Assembly: GCA_964016885.1 (NCBI GenBank) | Contig: OZ024766.1 | Coordinates: forward strand, 7,936,001-8,000,000 | DNA from: Eledone cirrhosa | Lineage: Eukaryota | Direction of reading: 5' to 3' | DNA: 64,000 nucleotides | In this document: positions 1-11,579 of the stretch, in pieces | Layout of the letters: the number at the start of each line of letters is the position of its first letter | Position numbering within the stretch: position 1 is the first letter of the stretch | Program-made: the position numbers and the translations under genes | Notes under the pieces: generated by a model | Seen by the model: the letters and a program-made list of their open reading frames with translations, nothing else | Told to the model about the DNA's origin: nothing | Databases searched by the model: none

Positions 1-190
1 TTCCACGCTAGCATGGGTTAGGCGGGAGTTGTCCCACTTGAGGCAAGATTGGTTGTCCTGCTCGTATGGGACTGTTTGGCAGGCTTTCTACGGCTGGATG
101 CCCTTCCTAACACCAACCACATTTACAGTGTGGAACTAGGAACTGTTTACCGTGTTACCTACACGGCCACATTACAGCGTGGACTGTGAG
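1..190 (-). mobile_element. 3' part of an RTE-tailed SINE-like element (truncated by window edge)
   Basis: Reverse complement of the + strand copy at ~25525-25728, which ends AACCCATGCTAGCGTGGAA...(GAT)n; shares the GGATGCCCTTCCTAACACCAACC core. Confidence 0.75.
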
Positions 191-216
191 TTTTTTTGTT
201 TATATATATATCTATA

Positions 217-600
217 TCATCATCATCATCATCATCATCGTCCATATTCCACGCTTGCATGGGTTTGGACGGGAGTTTTCCCACTTGAGGCAAGAGTGGT
301 TGTCTTGCTCGCATAGGACTGTCTGGCGGGTTTTCTACAGCTGGATGCCCTTCCTAACACCAACCACATTTACAGTGTGGGACTGGGAGGTTTTTACCGT
401 GTTACCTACACGGCCACATTACAGCGTGGAATGTGTGTGTTTTTTTTTTGTCGTGACACCTCCACGACCTCATTTGTTTCGGCCTGGATGTTGTGGCACC
501 AACATAACTTTACATTGAAAGGGGCGGTGTGGATGGGGTGCGGGTGGTGGGAAGGGGGTGTATTTTGTTAGAGGTGCCTACTGACTGTAGTAGGTTTTAC
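217..600 (-). mobile_element. RTE-tailed SINE-like element (family A) with one 112-bp internal segment
   Basis: Starts at a (CAT)n tail; colinear with copies at 4373-6645 and 25766-26257; GGACT at 316 and GGAAT at 428 delimit one 112-bp segment. Confidence 0.8.
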
Positions 601-699
601 TTTGTATTTAGGTAAGGCGGGTCTTCTCTATTACTGAGTACCGCCAAAGATCTCGGTCCAGTGACATTGTCTTGGAGAGGTGTAAGTGTGTATATATAT

Positions 700-795
700 A
701 GTAATAATAATAAATGTGAAGACTAAAATCCAAAGAGGGCTCGATAAGGATAAATATGTATCAAATATATAAGAACCGTAGAGCAAATATTTATT
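700..795 (-). mobile_element. AT-rich interspersed repeat end (Penelope-like candidate)
   Basis: Reverse complement of TTTGCTCTAC..TTCTTATATATTTGAT..CCTTATCGAGCCCTCTTTGGATTTTAGTCTTCA, also seen at ~6890-6990, ~8281-8330 and ~54580-54680. Confidence 0.6.
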
Positions 796-939
796 GGATG
801 GGATTTGCTTTTCATCCCGCAGGGTGTCCAAATTCACCCTCCTCACCAAGCAAGCTTGGTGAGGTTGCCAGTTTAGTCGCCAATGACCTGCCCATGTACA
901 GTTTAAATACATAGTTTACATACCTTAAACACCCAGACA

Positions 940-947
940 TATGTACT

Positions 948-1006
<59 letters not shown>

Positions 1007-1247
1007 ATATATACATATATACAGACACATGTATATCATATAATTTACATATATAAAACACCCACCCACCCACATGTGTCTGTATATACGTATATACATA
1101 CACACACACACATGTATATATACAACATATGTTATTTTATGTATATACAATGCTGGAATGTGTAGAAAAAATTGCATATATACTGATTTTAATTGGGTAT
1201 GTGTTTCATTGTAAATATCTCGATATGTATATATATATGTATATATG

Positions 1248-1285
<38 letters not shown>

Positions 1286-1689
1286 TATATATATATGTAT
1301 ATATGTATGTATATATATATATATATATGTATATGTATGTATATATATGTATGTATGTATATATATATGTATGTATATATGTATGTATGTATATATATAT
1401 ATGTATGTATGTATATATATATGTATGTATGTATATATATATATGTATGTATATATATATATATGTATATGTATGTATGTATATATATATATGTATATAT
1501 ATGTATGTATATATATATATGTATATATATGTATATATATATATGTATATATATACGTATGTATATATATATGTATATATGTATATATATGTATATATAT
1601 GTATATATATATATATGTATATATATATGTATGTATATATATATATATATATATGTATGTATATATATATATATATATGTATATATATG

Positions 1690-1734
<45 letters not shown>

Positions 1735-1858
1735 GTATTTATATATATATATATATATATTTATATATGTGTGTGTATATATACATACATACATATATAT
1801 ATATACATACATATATATATATATACATACATATATATATATACACATACATACATAT

Positions 1859-1899
<41 letters not shown>

Positions 1900-1908
1900 C
1901 ATACATAT

Positions 1909-1951
<43 letters not shown>

Positions 1952-1952
1952 T

Positions 1953-1993
<41 letters not shown>

Positions 1994-2150
1994 TATACAT
2001 ACATACATACATATATAAATTTAATTTATACAATATAAAATTAATATACATCCACCCATATATATACACACCACCCATATATATACACACCACACATATA
2101 TATACACACCACCCATATATATACACACCACACATATATATACACATGAT
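940..2150. repeat. Compound (TA)n/(TATG)n/(TACA)n microsatellite
   Basis: Directly visible; G-interrupted to ~1775, C-interrupted afterwards. Confidence 0.95.
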
Positions 2151-2266
2151 GGTGTATAAAAGTGTTTTGTTCACATTCCTACAATGTATCCTTTAAAATT
2201 GATATTTTATCTGCCTCGCCCTGACCCCAGGAGGGGTGGGGGAGCCTGTGAGTGGTGTTTGGTCAC

Positions 2267-3250
2267 TGGTGGTGGTGGAGGTGGTAGTAGTGGTGGTGGT
2301 GGTGGTGGTGGTGGTACTGGTGGTGGTGGTGGTGGTAGTAGTGGTGGTGGTGGTGGTAGTGGTGGTACTGGTGGTGGTGGTGGTGGTGGTAGTAGTAGTA
2401 ATAGTGGTAGTAGTGGTACTGGTGGTGGTGGAGGTGGTGGTATGGTAGTAGCAGTATTGGTGGTGGTGGTGGTAGTAGTAATAGTGGTAGTAGTGGTACT
2501 GGTGGTGGTGGTGGTGGTGGTAGTAGTAGTAATAGTGGTAGTAGTGGTACTGGTGGTGGTGGTTGTGGTGGTAGTAGTAGTAATAGTGGTAGTAGTGGTC
2601 CTGGTGGTGGTGGTGGTGGTGGTAGTAGTAGTAATAGTGGTAGTAGTGGTACTGGTGGTGGTGGTGGTGGTGGTAGTAGTAGTAATAGTGGTAGTAGTGG
2701 TCCTGGTGGTGGTGGTGGTGGTGGTAGTAGTGGTACTGGTGGTGGTGGTGGTAGTGGTAGTAGTAGTAATAGTGGTAGTAGTGGTACTGGTGGTGGTGGT
2801 GGTGGAGGTGGTGGAGGTGGTGGTGGTGGTTGTAGTAATAGTGGTAGTAGTGGTCCTGGTGGTGGTGGTGGTGGTGGTAGTAGTAGTCGTGGTGGTGGTG
2901 GTAGTAGCAGTATTGGTGGTGGTGGTGGTAGTAGTGGTACTGGTGGTGGTGGTTGTGGTGGTGGTGGAGGTGGTGGTGGTGGTTGTAGTAATAGTGGTAG
3001 TAGTGGTCCTGGTGGTGGTGGTGGTGGTGGTGGTAGTAGTAGTCGTGGTGGTGCTGGTAGTAGTGGTCCTGGTGGTGGTAGTAGCAGTATTGGTGGTGGT
3101 GGTTGTGTAGGTAGTAGTAGTCGTGGTGATGGTGTTGGGGGGAGGGGTACTAGTAGTAGTGTGGTAGTAGTAGTAGTACTGGTAGTGGTACTGGTGGTGT
3201 TGATGGTGGTAGTATTGGGTTTAGTGGTGGTGGTGGTGGTGGTGTGTTGG
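2267..3250. repeat. (GTG)n/(GTA)n trinucleotide compound repeat
   Basis: Directly visible; recurring GTAATAGTGGTAGTAGTGGT(A/C)CTG sub-unit. Confidence 0.95.
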
Positions 3251-3358
3251 GAGGAGTTGTGTGGTGGGGTGTGGATACTATTGGTGTTGTCTGTATGTAA
3301 ATGTGTGTGTGTGTGTGTGTGTGTTGTGACACACGCCTTGAAATTATACCCCAGAGAA

Positions 3359-3401
<43 letters not shown>

Positions 3402-4352
3402 AGACAGTTGGGTGTGGTTTGAGGGAGATTTGGCTGTTATTTCTAGCAGGTCTATCTAAGACATTAAGGTGTGATCTCACGGAGATTTGGCTGCTATTTC
3501 TAGCAGATCTAGCTACCCTATAGAGGTCTCCCTGTATATATGACAGTAGGGTGTGATTTGAGGGAGATTTGGCTGCTATTTCTAGCAGATCTAGCTACCA
3601 TATAGAGGTCCCTCTGTATAAGACAGTAGGGGGTTATTTGAGGGAGATTTGGCTGCTATTTCTATCAGATCTAGCTACCCTATAGAGGTCTCCCTGTATA
3701 CATAAGACAGTAAGGTGTTATTTGAGGGAGATTTGGCTGCTATTTCTAGCAGATCTAGCTACCATGTAGAGGTCTCCCTGTACACATAAGACAGTAGGGT
3801 GTGATTTGAGGGAGATTTGGCTGCTATTTCTAGCATATCTATCTACCATGTAGAGGTCTCCCTGTATACATAAGACAGTAGGGTGTTATTTGAGGGAGAT
3901 TTGGCTGCTATTTCTACCAGATCTAGTTACCATGTAGAAGTCCCCCTGTATACATAAGACAGTAGGGTGTTATTTGAGGGAGATTTGGCTGCTATTTCCA
4001 CCAGATCTAGCTACCATGTAGAAGTCCTCCTGTATACATAAGACAGTAGGGTGTTATTTGAGGGAGATTTGGCTGTTATTTTTACCAGGTCTAGCTACCA
4101 TGTAGAGGTCACCCTGTATACATATGTGACAGTGAGGTGTGATTTGAGGGAGACTTGGCTGTTATTTCTAGCAGATCTAGCTACCATATAGAGGTCCCTC
4201 TGTATAAGGCAGTAGGGGGTTATTTGAGTGAGATTTGGTTGCTATTTCTACCAGGTCTTGCTACCATCTAGAGGTCTCCCTTATACATATGTGACAGTAG
4301 GGTGTTATTTGAGGGAGATTTGGCTGCTATTTCTAGCAGATCTAGTTATCAT
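3402..4352 (+). repeat. ~84-bp tandem array (~11 copies) derived from an interspersed repeat segment
   Basis: GACAGTAGGG recurs at 3706, 3790, 3874; core GAGATTTGGCTGCTATTTCTAGCA is also dispersed at ~60310, ~61560, ~61710, ~61830 and (minus) ~62750. Confidence 0.9.
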
Positions 4353-4372
4353 GTCGATGTTAAATCATTATA

Positions 4373-6645
4373 TATCATCATCATCATCATCGTTTAACGT
4401 CCGTGTTCCATGCTTGCATGGGTTTGGATGGGAGTTTTCCCACTTGAGGCAAGAGTGGTTGTCTTGCTCGCATAGGACTGTCTGGTGTGTTTTCTACAGC
4501 TGGATGCCCTTCCTAACACCAACCACATTTACGGTGTGGGACTGGGAGGTTTTTACCGTGTTGCCTACACGGCCACATTACAGCGTGGACTGTCTGGCAG
4601 GTTTTCTACAGCTGGATGCCCTTCCTAACACCAACCACATTTACAGTGTGGGACTGGGAGGTTTTTACCGTGTTGCCTACACGGCCACATTACAGCGTGG
4701 ACTGTCTGGCGGGTTTTCTACAGTTGGATGCCCTTCCTAACACCAACCACATTTACAGTGTGGGACTGGGAGGTTTTTACCGTGTTGCCTACACGGCCAC
4801 ATTACAGCGTGGACTGTCTGGCAGGTTTTCTACAGCTGGATGCCCTTCCTAACACCAACCACATTTACAGTGTGGGACTGGGAGGTTTTTACCGTGTTGC
4901 CTACACGGCCACATTACAGCGTGGACTGTCTGGCGGGTTTTCTACAGTTGGATGCCCTTCCTAACACCAACCACATTTACAGTGTGGGACTGGGACGTTT
5001 TTACCGTGTTGCCTACACGGTCACATTACAGCGTGGACTGTCTGGCGGGTTTTCTACAGTTGGATGCCCTTCCTAACACCAACCACATTTACAGTGTGGG
5101 ACTGGGACGTTTTTACCGTGTTGCCTACACGGTCACATTACAGCGTGGACTGTCTGGCGGGTTTTCTACAGTTGGATGCCCTTCCTAACACCAACCACAT
5201 TTACAGTGTGGGGCTGGGAGGTTTTTACCGTGTTGCCTACACGGCCACATTACAGCGTGGACTGTCTGGCGGGTTTTCTACAGTTGGATGCCCTTCCTAA
5301 CACCAACCACATTTACAGTGTGGGGCTGGGAGGTTTTTACCGTGTTGCCTACACGGCCACATTACAGCGTGGACTGTCTGGCAGGTTTTCTACAGCTGGA
5401 TGCCCTTCCTAACACCAACCACATTTACAGTGTGGGGCTGGGAGGTTTTTACCGTGTTGCCTACACGGCCACATTACAGCGTGGACTGTCTGGCGGATTT
5501 TCTACAGTTGGATGCCCTTCCTAACACCAACCACATTTACAGTGTGGGACTGGGAGGTTTTTACCGTGTTGCCTACACGGCCACATTACAGCGTGGACTG
5601 TCTGGCGGGTTTTCTACAGTTGGATGCCCTTCCTAACACCAACCACATTTACAGTGTGGGACTGGGAGGTTTTTACCGTGTTGCCTACACGGCCACATTA
5701 CAGCGTGGACTGTCTGGCGGGTTTTCTACAGTTGGATGCCCTTCCTAACACCAACCACATTTACAGTGTGGGACTGGGACGTTTTTACCGTGTTGCCTAC
5801 ACGGCCACATTACAGCGTGGACTGTCTGGCAGGTTTTCTACAGCTGGATGCCCTTCCTAACACCAACCACATTTACAGTGTGGGACTGGGAGGTTTTTAC
5901 CGTGTTGCCTACACGGCCACATTACAGCGTGGACTGTCTGGCAGGTTTTCTACAGCTGGATGCCCTTCCTAACACCAACCACATTTACAGTGTGGGACTG
6001 GGAGGTTTTTACCGTGTTGCCTACACGGCCACATTACAGCGTGGACTGTCTGGCGGGTTTTCTACAGTTGGATGCCCTTCCTAACACCAACCACATTTAC
6101 AGTGTGGGGCTGGGAGGTTTTTACCGTGTTGCCTACACGGCCACATTACAGCGTGGACTGTCTGGCGGGTTTTCTACAGTTGGATGCCCTTCCTAACACC
6201 AACCACATTTACAGTGTGGGACTGGGAGGTTTTTACCGTGTTGCCTACACGGCCACATTACAGCGTGGACTGTCTGGCGGGTTTTCTACAGTTGGATGCC
6301 CTTCCTAACACCAACCACATTTACAGTGTGGGACTGGGAGGTTTTTACCGTGTTGCCTACACGGCCACATTACAGCGTGGACTGTCTGGCGGGTTTTCTA
6401 CAGCTGGATGCCCTTCCTAACACCAACCACATTTACAGTGTGGGACTGGGACGTTTTTACCGTGTTGCCTACACGGTCACATTACAGCGTGGACTGTGTT
6501 TTTTTTGTCGTGACACCTACACGATCTCATTTGTTTCGGCCTGGATTTTGTGGCACCAACATAACTTTACATTGAAAGGGGCGGTGTGGATGGGGTGGGG
6601 GTGGTGGGACGGGGGTGTATTTTGTTAGAGATGCCTACTGACTGT
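4373..6645 (-). mobile_element. Family A SINE-like element with internal 112-bp unit amplified 18 times
   Basis: Flanks match the unexpanded copy at 217-600; unit starts at 4475 and the last boundary is at 6491 (18 x 112). Confidence 0.9.
4475..6497. repeat. 112-bp minisatellite, 18 near-identical copies
   Basis: ORF track repeats with exact 112-nt spacing (4616, 4728, 4840...). Confidence 0.97.
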
Positions 6646-6997
6646 ATGTATATATATATATATAATGATGGCACAGACATTACAATACAACTGGAGGAAA
6701 CATAATAGTTCCACTGATGATGTCTCAGGTGTGTGATGAAAGAACTTTGATAGACTATATATATATATATATATATTTATATCTATATTTGACCAGTCAA
6801 TGATAAACATTAATTGCCAGCTAAAGATCTTCAAAAGATCCTGTTAAGGGTGAAAGCAACGATTCTTTGCTTAAACTTTAATCTGTTGTTTTAATAAATA
6901 TTTGCTCTATGGTTTTATATATTTTTATATATATATTAACCTTGTCAAGCCCTCTTTAGATTTTAGTCTTCACATTTATAATTATTACTATATATAT

Positions 6998-7735
6998 ATC
7001 ATCATCATCATCATCATTTTATGACCACTTTTCCCTGCTTGCAAGGGAGGGACGGGTCTTATTCAGCACAGCATCTCTCCACTTGTCACGGTCCTTTGTC
7101 ATCTCCTCTGTGAGCTTCAGCGATCTGAGGTCAGCTCTCACCACCTCCGCCCATGTTTTCCGTGGTCTTCCTCTACTCCGTCTTCCTTCTACTCGCATTT
7201 CTTGGCACTTCTTTACCCAGTGGTTATCCTCCATGTACATCACATGTCCATACCATCTCAGTCTTCTCTCCTACACACCACAACTTATCCCTCTTATATA
7301 GAGTTTCTCTCTCAACTCATCACATGTCCATACCATCTCAGCCTTCTCTCCTGCACACCACAACTTATCCTTCTTATACACAGTTTCTCTCTCTCACCAC
7401 CTCCACCCATGTTTTCCGTGGTCTTCCCCTACTGTGTCTTCCTTCCACTGGGATTTCTTGGCACTTCTTTACCCAGCGGTCATCCTCCATGCACATCACA
7501 TGTCCATACCATCTCAGTCTTCTCTCTTGCACACTACAGCTTAATCCTCTTATACCCAGTTTCTCTCTCAACTCATCCATGCTTGGTTGTTCACGCACCT
7601 TGACACTGCACATCCAACAGAACATGCTTGCTTCATTTCTCTCCAGCCGTCGCATATCCTCTGCAGTTGCTGCCCATGTCTCACTACCATGCAGCATCGC
7701 GCATCGGCATCATATAACCGGCCTTTCGTACGCAG
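6998..7735 (-). mobile_element. 5'-truncated RTE-clade LINE 3' end with internal duplication and (GAT)n tail
   Basis: Translations KGRLYDA / MLHGSETWA / RRLRWYGHV / GRRSRGRPRKTW / TKDRDKWR are typical of RTE ORF C-termini; ~7140-7315 is duplicated at ~7395-7570. Confidence 0.92.
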
Positions 7736-7802
7736 ATTAAAGTTTAAGCAAAGAATCGCTGCTTTCACCGTTAATGGGATCTTCTACAGGTTTATATATA
7801 TA

Positions 7803-8127
7803 TCATCATCATCATCATTTCATTTTACGTCCACTTTCCCCTGCTTGCAAGGGTGGGACGGGAACTGATTTTTGGCTTGATTTCTACAGCTGGATGCCCT
7901 TCCTAACACCAACCTCATTTACAGTGAGTGCTGGGTGCTTTTTTGCCGTGGCACCTCCACGACCCTTTACAGTGGAATGATAGGGACCCCAGTCCCTATC
8001 ATCTCATTTCTACAGCTGAGTAAACTGGAGCAATGTGGAATAAAGTTTCTTGCTCAAGGAAACAACACATCACCCGGTCTGAGAATTTAACTCAACCTTT
8101 GAACTCTAACCACTGAGCCATGTGCTC
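7803..8127 (-). mobile_element. tRNA-derived SINE (family B) with partial deletion in the head
   Basis: Reverse complement of 25170-25506, with part of the tRNA-like head missing. Confidence 0.85.
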
Positions 8128-8189
8128 TACATCATTTGATATTTTGTTGTTGTTCCTATTTGTTGTTGTGCTGATAAGCGTTTTGGCAT

Positions 8190-8227
<38 letters not shown>

Positions 8228-8330
8228 CTATATATATACACATATACATATATATATACACATACATATATATATATATAATCCTTATCGAGCGAGCCTT
8301 CTTGGGATTTTAGTCTTCACTTTTATTAAT

Positions 8331-8515
8331 TGGCAGTATCGGTAGAGGGTCGGACGCCATGCTTTGACGCATAGAGTTACGGCCCTTGCCATTCTGAGTT
8401 CAAATCCCACCGAGGTTAACTTTGCCTTTCATCCTTACGGGGTCGATAAAATAAAGTACCAGTAATGCACTGGGTCATTGCTGGCCTTGTGCCTAAAATA
8501 GAAACAATTATTATT
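8331..8515 (+). mobile_element. SINE family C with Nin/Deu-like central domain
   Basis: B-box GAGTTCAAATCC followed by ACTTTGCCTTTCATCCTTACGGGGTCGATAAAATAAAGTACC; copies at 21575-21950 (-, twice) and 44701-44881 (+). Domain name assigned from recall of the motif. Confidence 0.8.
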
Positions 8516-8526
8516 ACTATACATAT

Positions 8527-8571
<45 letters not shown>

Positions 8572-8582
8572 CACACACACAC

Positions 8583-8615
<33 letters not shown>

Positions 8616-8689
8616 CACACACACACATATATATATATATACAAATCAACTTTTTCAAATCAACTTTTTCAAATACAAGTCGATGTTGT

Positions 8690-8925
8690 ACGGTATGTCA
8701 AATCTATTTATCTATAAAACTGTCTATATTGTATTTTGTCTGAGGAAGGCATAGCATATTGTTAATATGATATCCCTGAAATATATATAATGAAATAAAT
8801 ATGGTTTTATAAATATAGTTTCCATTTATTTAATATTGTAAATATACTCCAAATACTTGTTGAGTGCTTTTATATCAGTTATAAATATTTACTAGTTGTA
8901 ACCCAACAATTTAAATATAACTTTC
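8690..8925. mobile_element. AT-rich short element with degenerate HHR-like motif, rearranged copy
   Basis: CTGAGGA...GAAATATATATAA...ATATGGTTTTATAAATATAGTTTCCATT matches 38302-38398; followed by an inverted AAGCACTCAACAAGTATTTGGAG segment. Confidence 0.55.
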
Positions 8926-8926
8926 C

Positions 8927-8990
<64 letters not shown>

Positions 8991-9118
8991 ACACACACAT
9001 ATATATATATATATACATACATACACAGACACATATATATATACATATATATATATATATGTATACATACACACACATATATATACATACACACACACAC
9101 ACATATATATATATACAT

Positions 9119-9213
<95 letters not shown>

Positions 9214-9338
9214 TACATATATATACATACACACACACACACACACATATATATACATATATACATATATACACCGACAGACACTCCCACACAATCATAC
9301 TAAGCTGAACTGAAGACTCTGGGACACCATGACACACG

Positions 9339-9369
<31 letters not shown>

Positions 9370-9457
9370 TTCTCCCCCTGCTCCCCTCCCTCGCCTTTTG
9401 TCTTCTTCAGTCTTCTCAAGAAGGAAATAATAAAGACGATTTAATTAGATTAATGAA

Positions 9458-10020
9458 GAGAGAGAGAGTTTGTGGGAGGGAAGGGGGCGAGTTAGTGGGG
9501 TGGGTGGGGTGGAGAGAGGATTAGTGGGAGGCGAGTGGGGGAGAGAGGGAGAGTTAGTGCGAGTGGGGGGTGGTGGTGGAGCGAGAGGGTTGGTGGAAGG
9601 GAAGTGGAGAGAGGGAGATGGTGGGGGTGAGAGAGAGAGAGAGAGTTTGTGGGAGGGAAGGGGGCGAGTTAGTGGGGTGGGTGGGGTGGAGAGAGGATTA
9701 GTGGGAGGCGAGTGGGGGAGAGAGGGAGAGTTAGTGCGAGTGGGGGGTGGTGGTGGAGCGAGAGGGTTGGTGGAAGGGAAGTGGAGAGAGGGAGATGGTG
9801 GGGGTGAGAGAGAGAGAGAGAGTTTGTGGGAGGGGATGGGGCGAGTTAGTGGGGGGGGGGGGGTGGAGAGAGAGAAGATTAGTGGGGTGGGGGTGGCGAC
9901 AGAGGGTTGGTGGAAGGGCGGTGGGGGTGGGGAGAGGGAGTTAGTGAGGGTGAGTTAGTTGGGGTGGGGTGGAGAGAGAGAGAGGGTTGGTGGGAGGGGA
10001 GTGGAGAGAGAGAGAGAGAG
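9458..10020. repeat. G-rich purine tract with a ~177-bp tandem duplication
   Basis: 59-aa period in ORF 9470..9958; many GGG runs. Confidence 0.85.
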
Positions 10021-10124
10021 ACTAAGGAATTAAGAGGAACTTGCAATTGTAAGGTTAGACGTGTGCGGGGTGGGGTGTATATCCCCCACCCCCCTTCTCC
10101 CTCCCCTCTCTCTCTCTCTTATAT

Positions 10125-11570
10125 ATCATCATCAACATCATCATCATCACCACCATCATCGTTTAACGTCCATTTTCCACGCTAGCATGGGTTAGACGGG
10201 AGTTGTCTCGCTCGTATAGGACTGTCTGGCGGGTTTTCTACGGCTGGATGCCCTTCCTAACACCAATCACGTTTACAGTGTTACCTACAAGGCCACAATA
10301 CAGTGTGGACTGGGAGGTTTTTACCGTGTTACCTACACGGCCACATTACAGTGTGGACTGGGAGGTTTTTACCGTGTTACCTACACGGCCACGTTTACAG
10401 TGTGGACTGGGAGGTTTTTACCGTGTTACCTACAAGGCCACAATACAGTGTGGACTGGGAGGTTTTTACCGTGTTACCTACAAGGCCACATTACAGTGTG
10501 GACTGGGAGGTTTTTACCGTGTTACCTACAAGGCCACAATACAGTGTGGACTGGGAGGTTTTTACCGTGTTACCTACAAGGCCACATTACAGTGTGGACT
10601 GGGAGGTTTTTACCGTGTTACCTACAAGGCCACAATACAGTGTGGACTGGGAGGTTTTTACCGTGTTACCTACACAACCACGTTTACAGTGTGGACTGGG
10701 AGGTTTTTACCGTGTTACCTACAAGGCCACATTACAGTGTGGACTGGGAGGTTTTTACCGTGTTACCTACAAGGCCACATTACAGTGTGGACTGGGAGGT
10801 TTTTACCGTGTTACCTACAAGGCCACAATACAGTGTGGACTGGGAGCTTTTTACCGTGTTACATACACTACCACAATACAGTGTGGACTGGGAGGTTTTT
10901 ACCGTGTTACCTACAAGGCCACATTACAGTGTGGACTGGGAGGTTTTACTGTGTTACTTACACTACCACATTACAGTGTGGACTGGGAGGTTTTACTGTG
11001 TTACCTACAAGGCCACATTACAGTGTGGACTGGGAGGTTTTTACCGTGTTACCTACACGGCCACATTACAGTGTGGACTGGGAGGTTTTTACCGTGTTAC
11101 CTACACGGCCACTTTACAGTGTGGACTGGGAGGTTTTTACCGTGTTACCTACACGGCCACATTACAGTGTGGACTGGGAGGTTTTTACCGTGTTACCTAC
11201 ACGGCCACATTACAGTGTGGACTGGGAGGTTTTTACCGTGTTACCTACACGGCCACTTTACAGTGTGGACTGGGAGGTTTTTACCGTGTTACCTACACAA
11301 CCACGTTTACAGTGTGGACTGGGAGCCTTTTACTGTGTTACCTACAAGGCCACATTACAGTGTGGACTGGGAGGTTTTTACCGTGTTACCTACACGGCCA
11401 CATTACAGTGTGGACTGGGAGCTTTTTACCGTGTTACCTACAAGGCCACTTTACAGTGTGGACTGGGAGCTTCTTACCGTGTTACCTACAAGGCCACAGT
11501 GTGGTCTGCGAGCATTTTACCGTGTTACCTACATGGCCACATTACAGCATGGACTGGGGGGTTTTTTTGT
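10125..11570 (-). mobile_element. RTE-tailed SINE with internal 48/49-bp unit amplified ~26 times
   Basis: (CAT)n tail and TTCCACGCTAGCATGGGTT end, then TACAGTGTGGACTGGGAGGTTTTTACCGTGTTACCTACAAGGCCACAT at 10299, 10347, 10396... Confidence 0.9.
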
Positions 11571-11579
11571 ACTAGCTAT

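Noticed and set aside
2184-3480. Gly/Val-rich and Pro/His-rich ORFs
   Set aside because: Artefacts of the (GTG/GTA)n repeat.
4228-6628. Series of 78-aa ORFs resembling a tandem gene cluster
   Set aside because: Frame-shifting read-through of a 112-bp SINE-derived unit.
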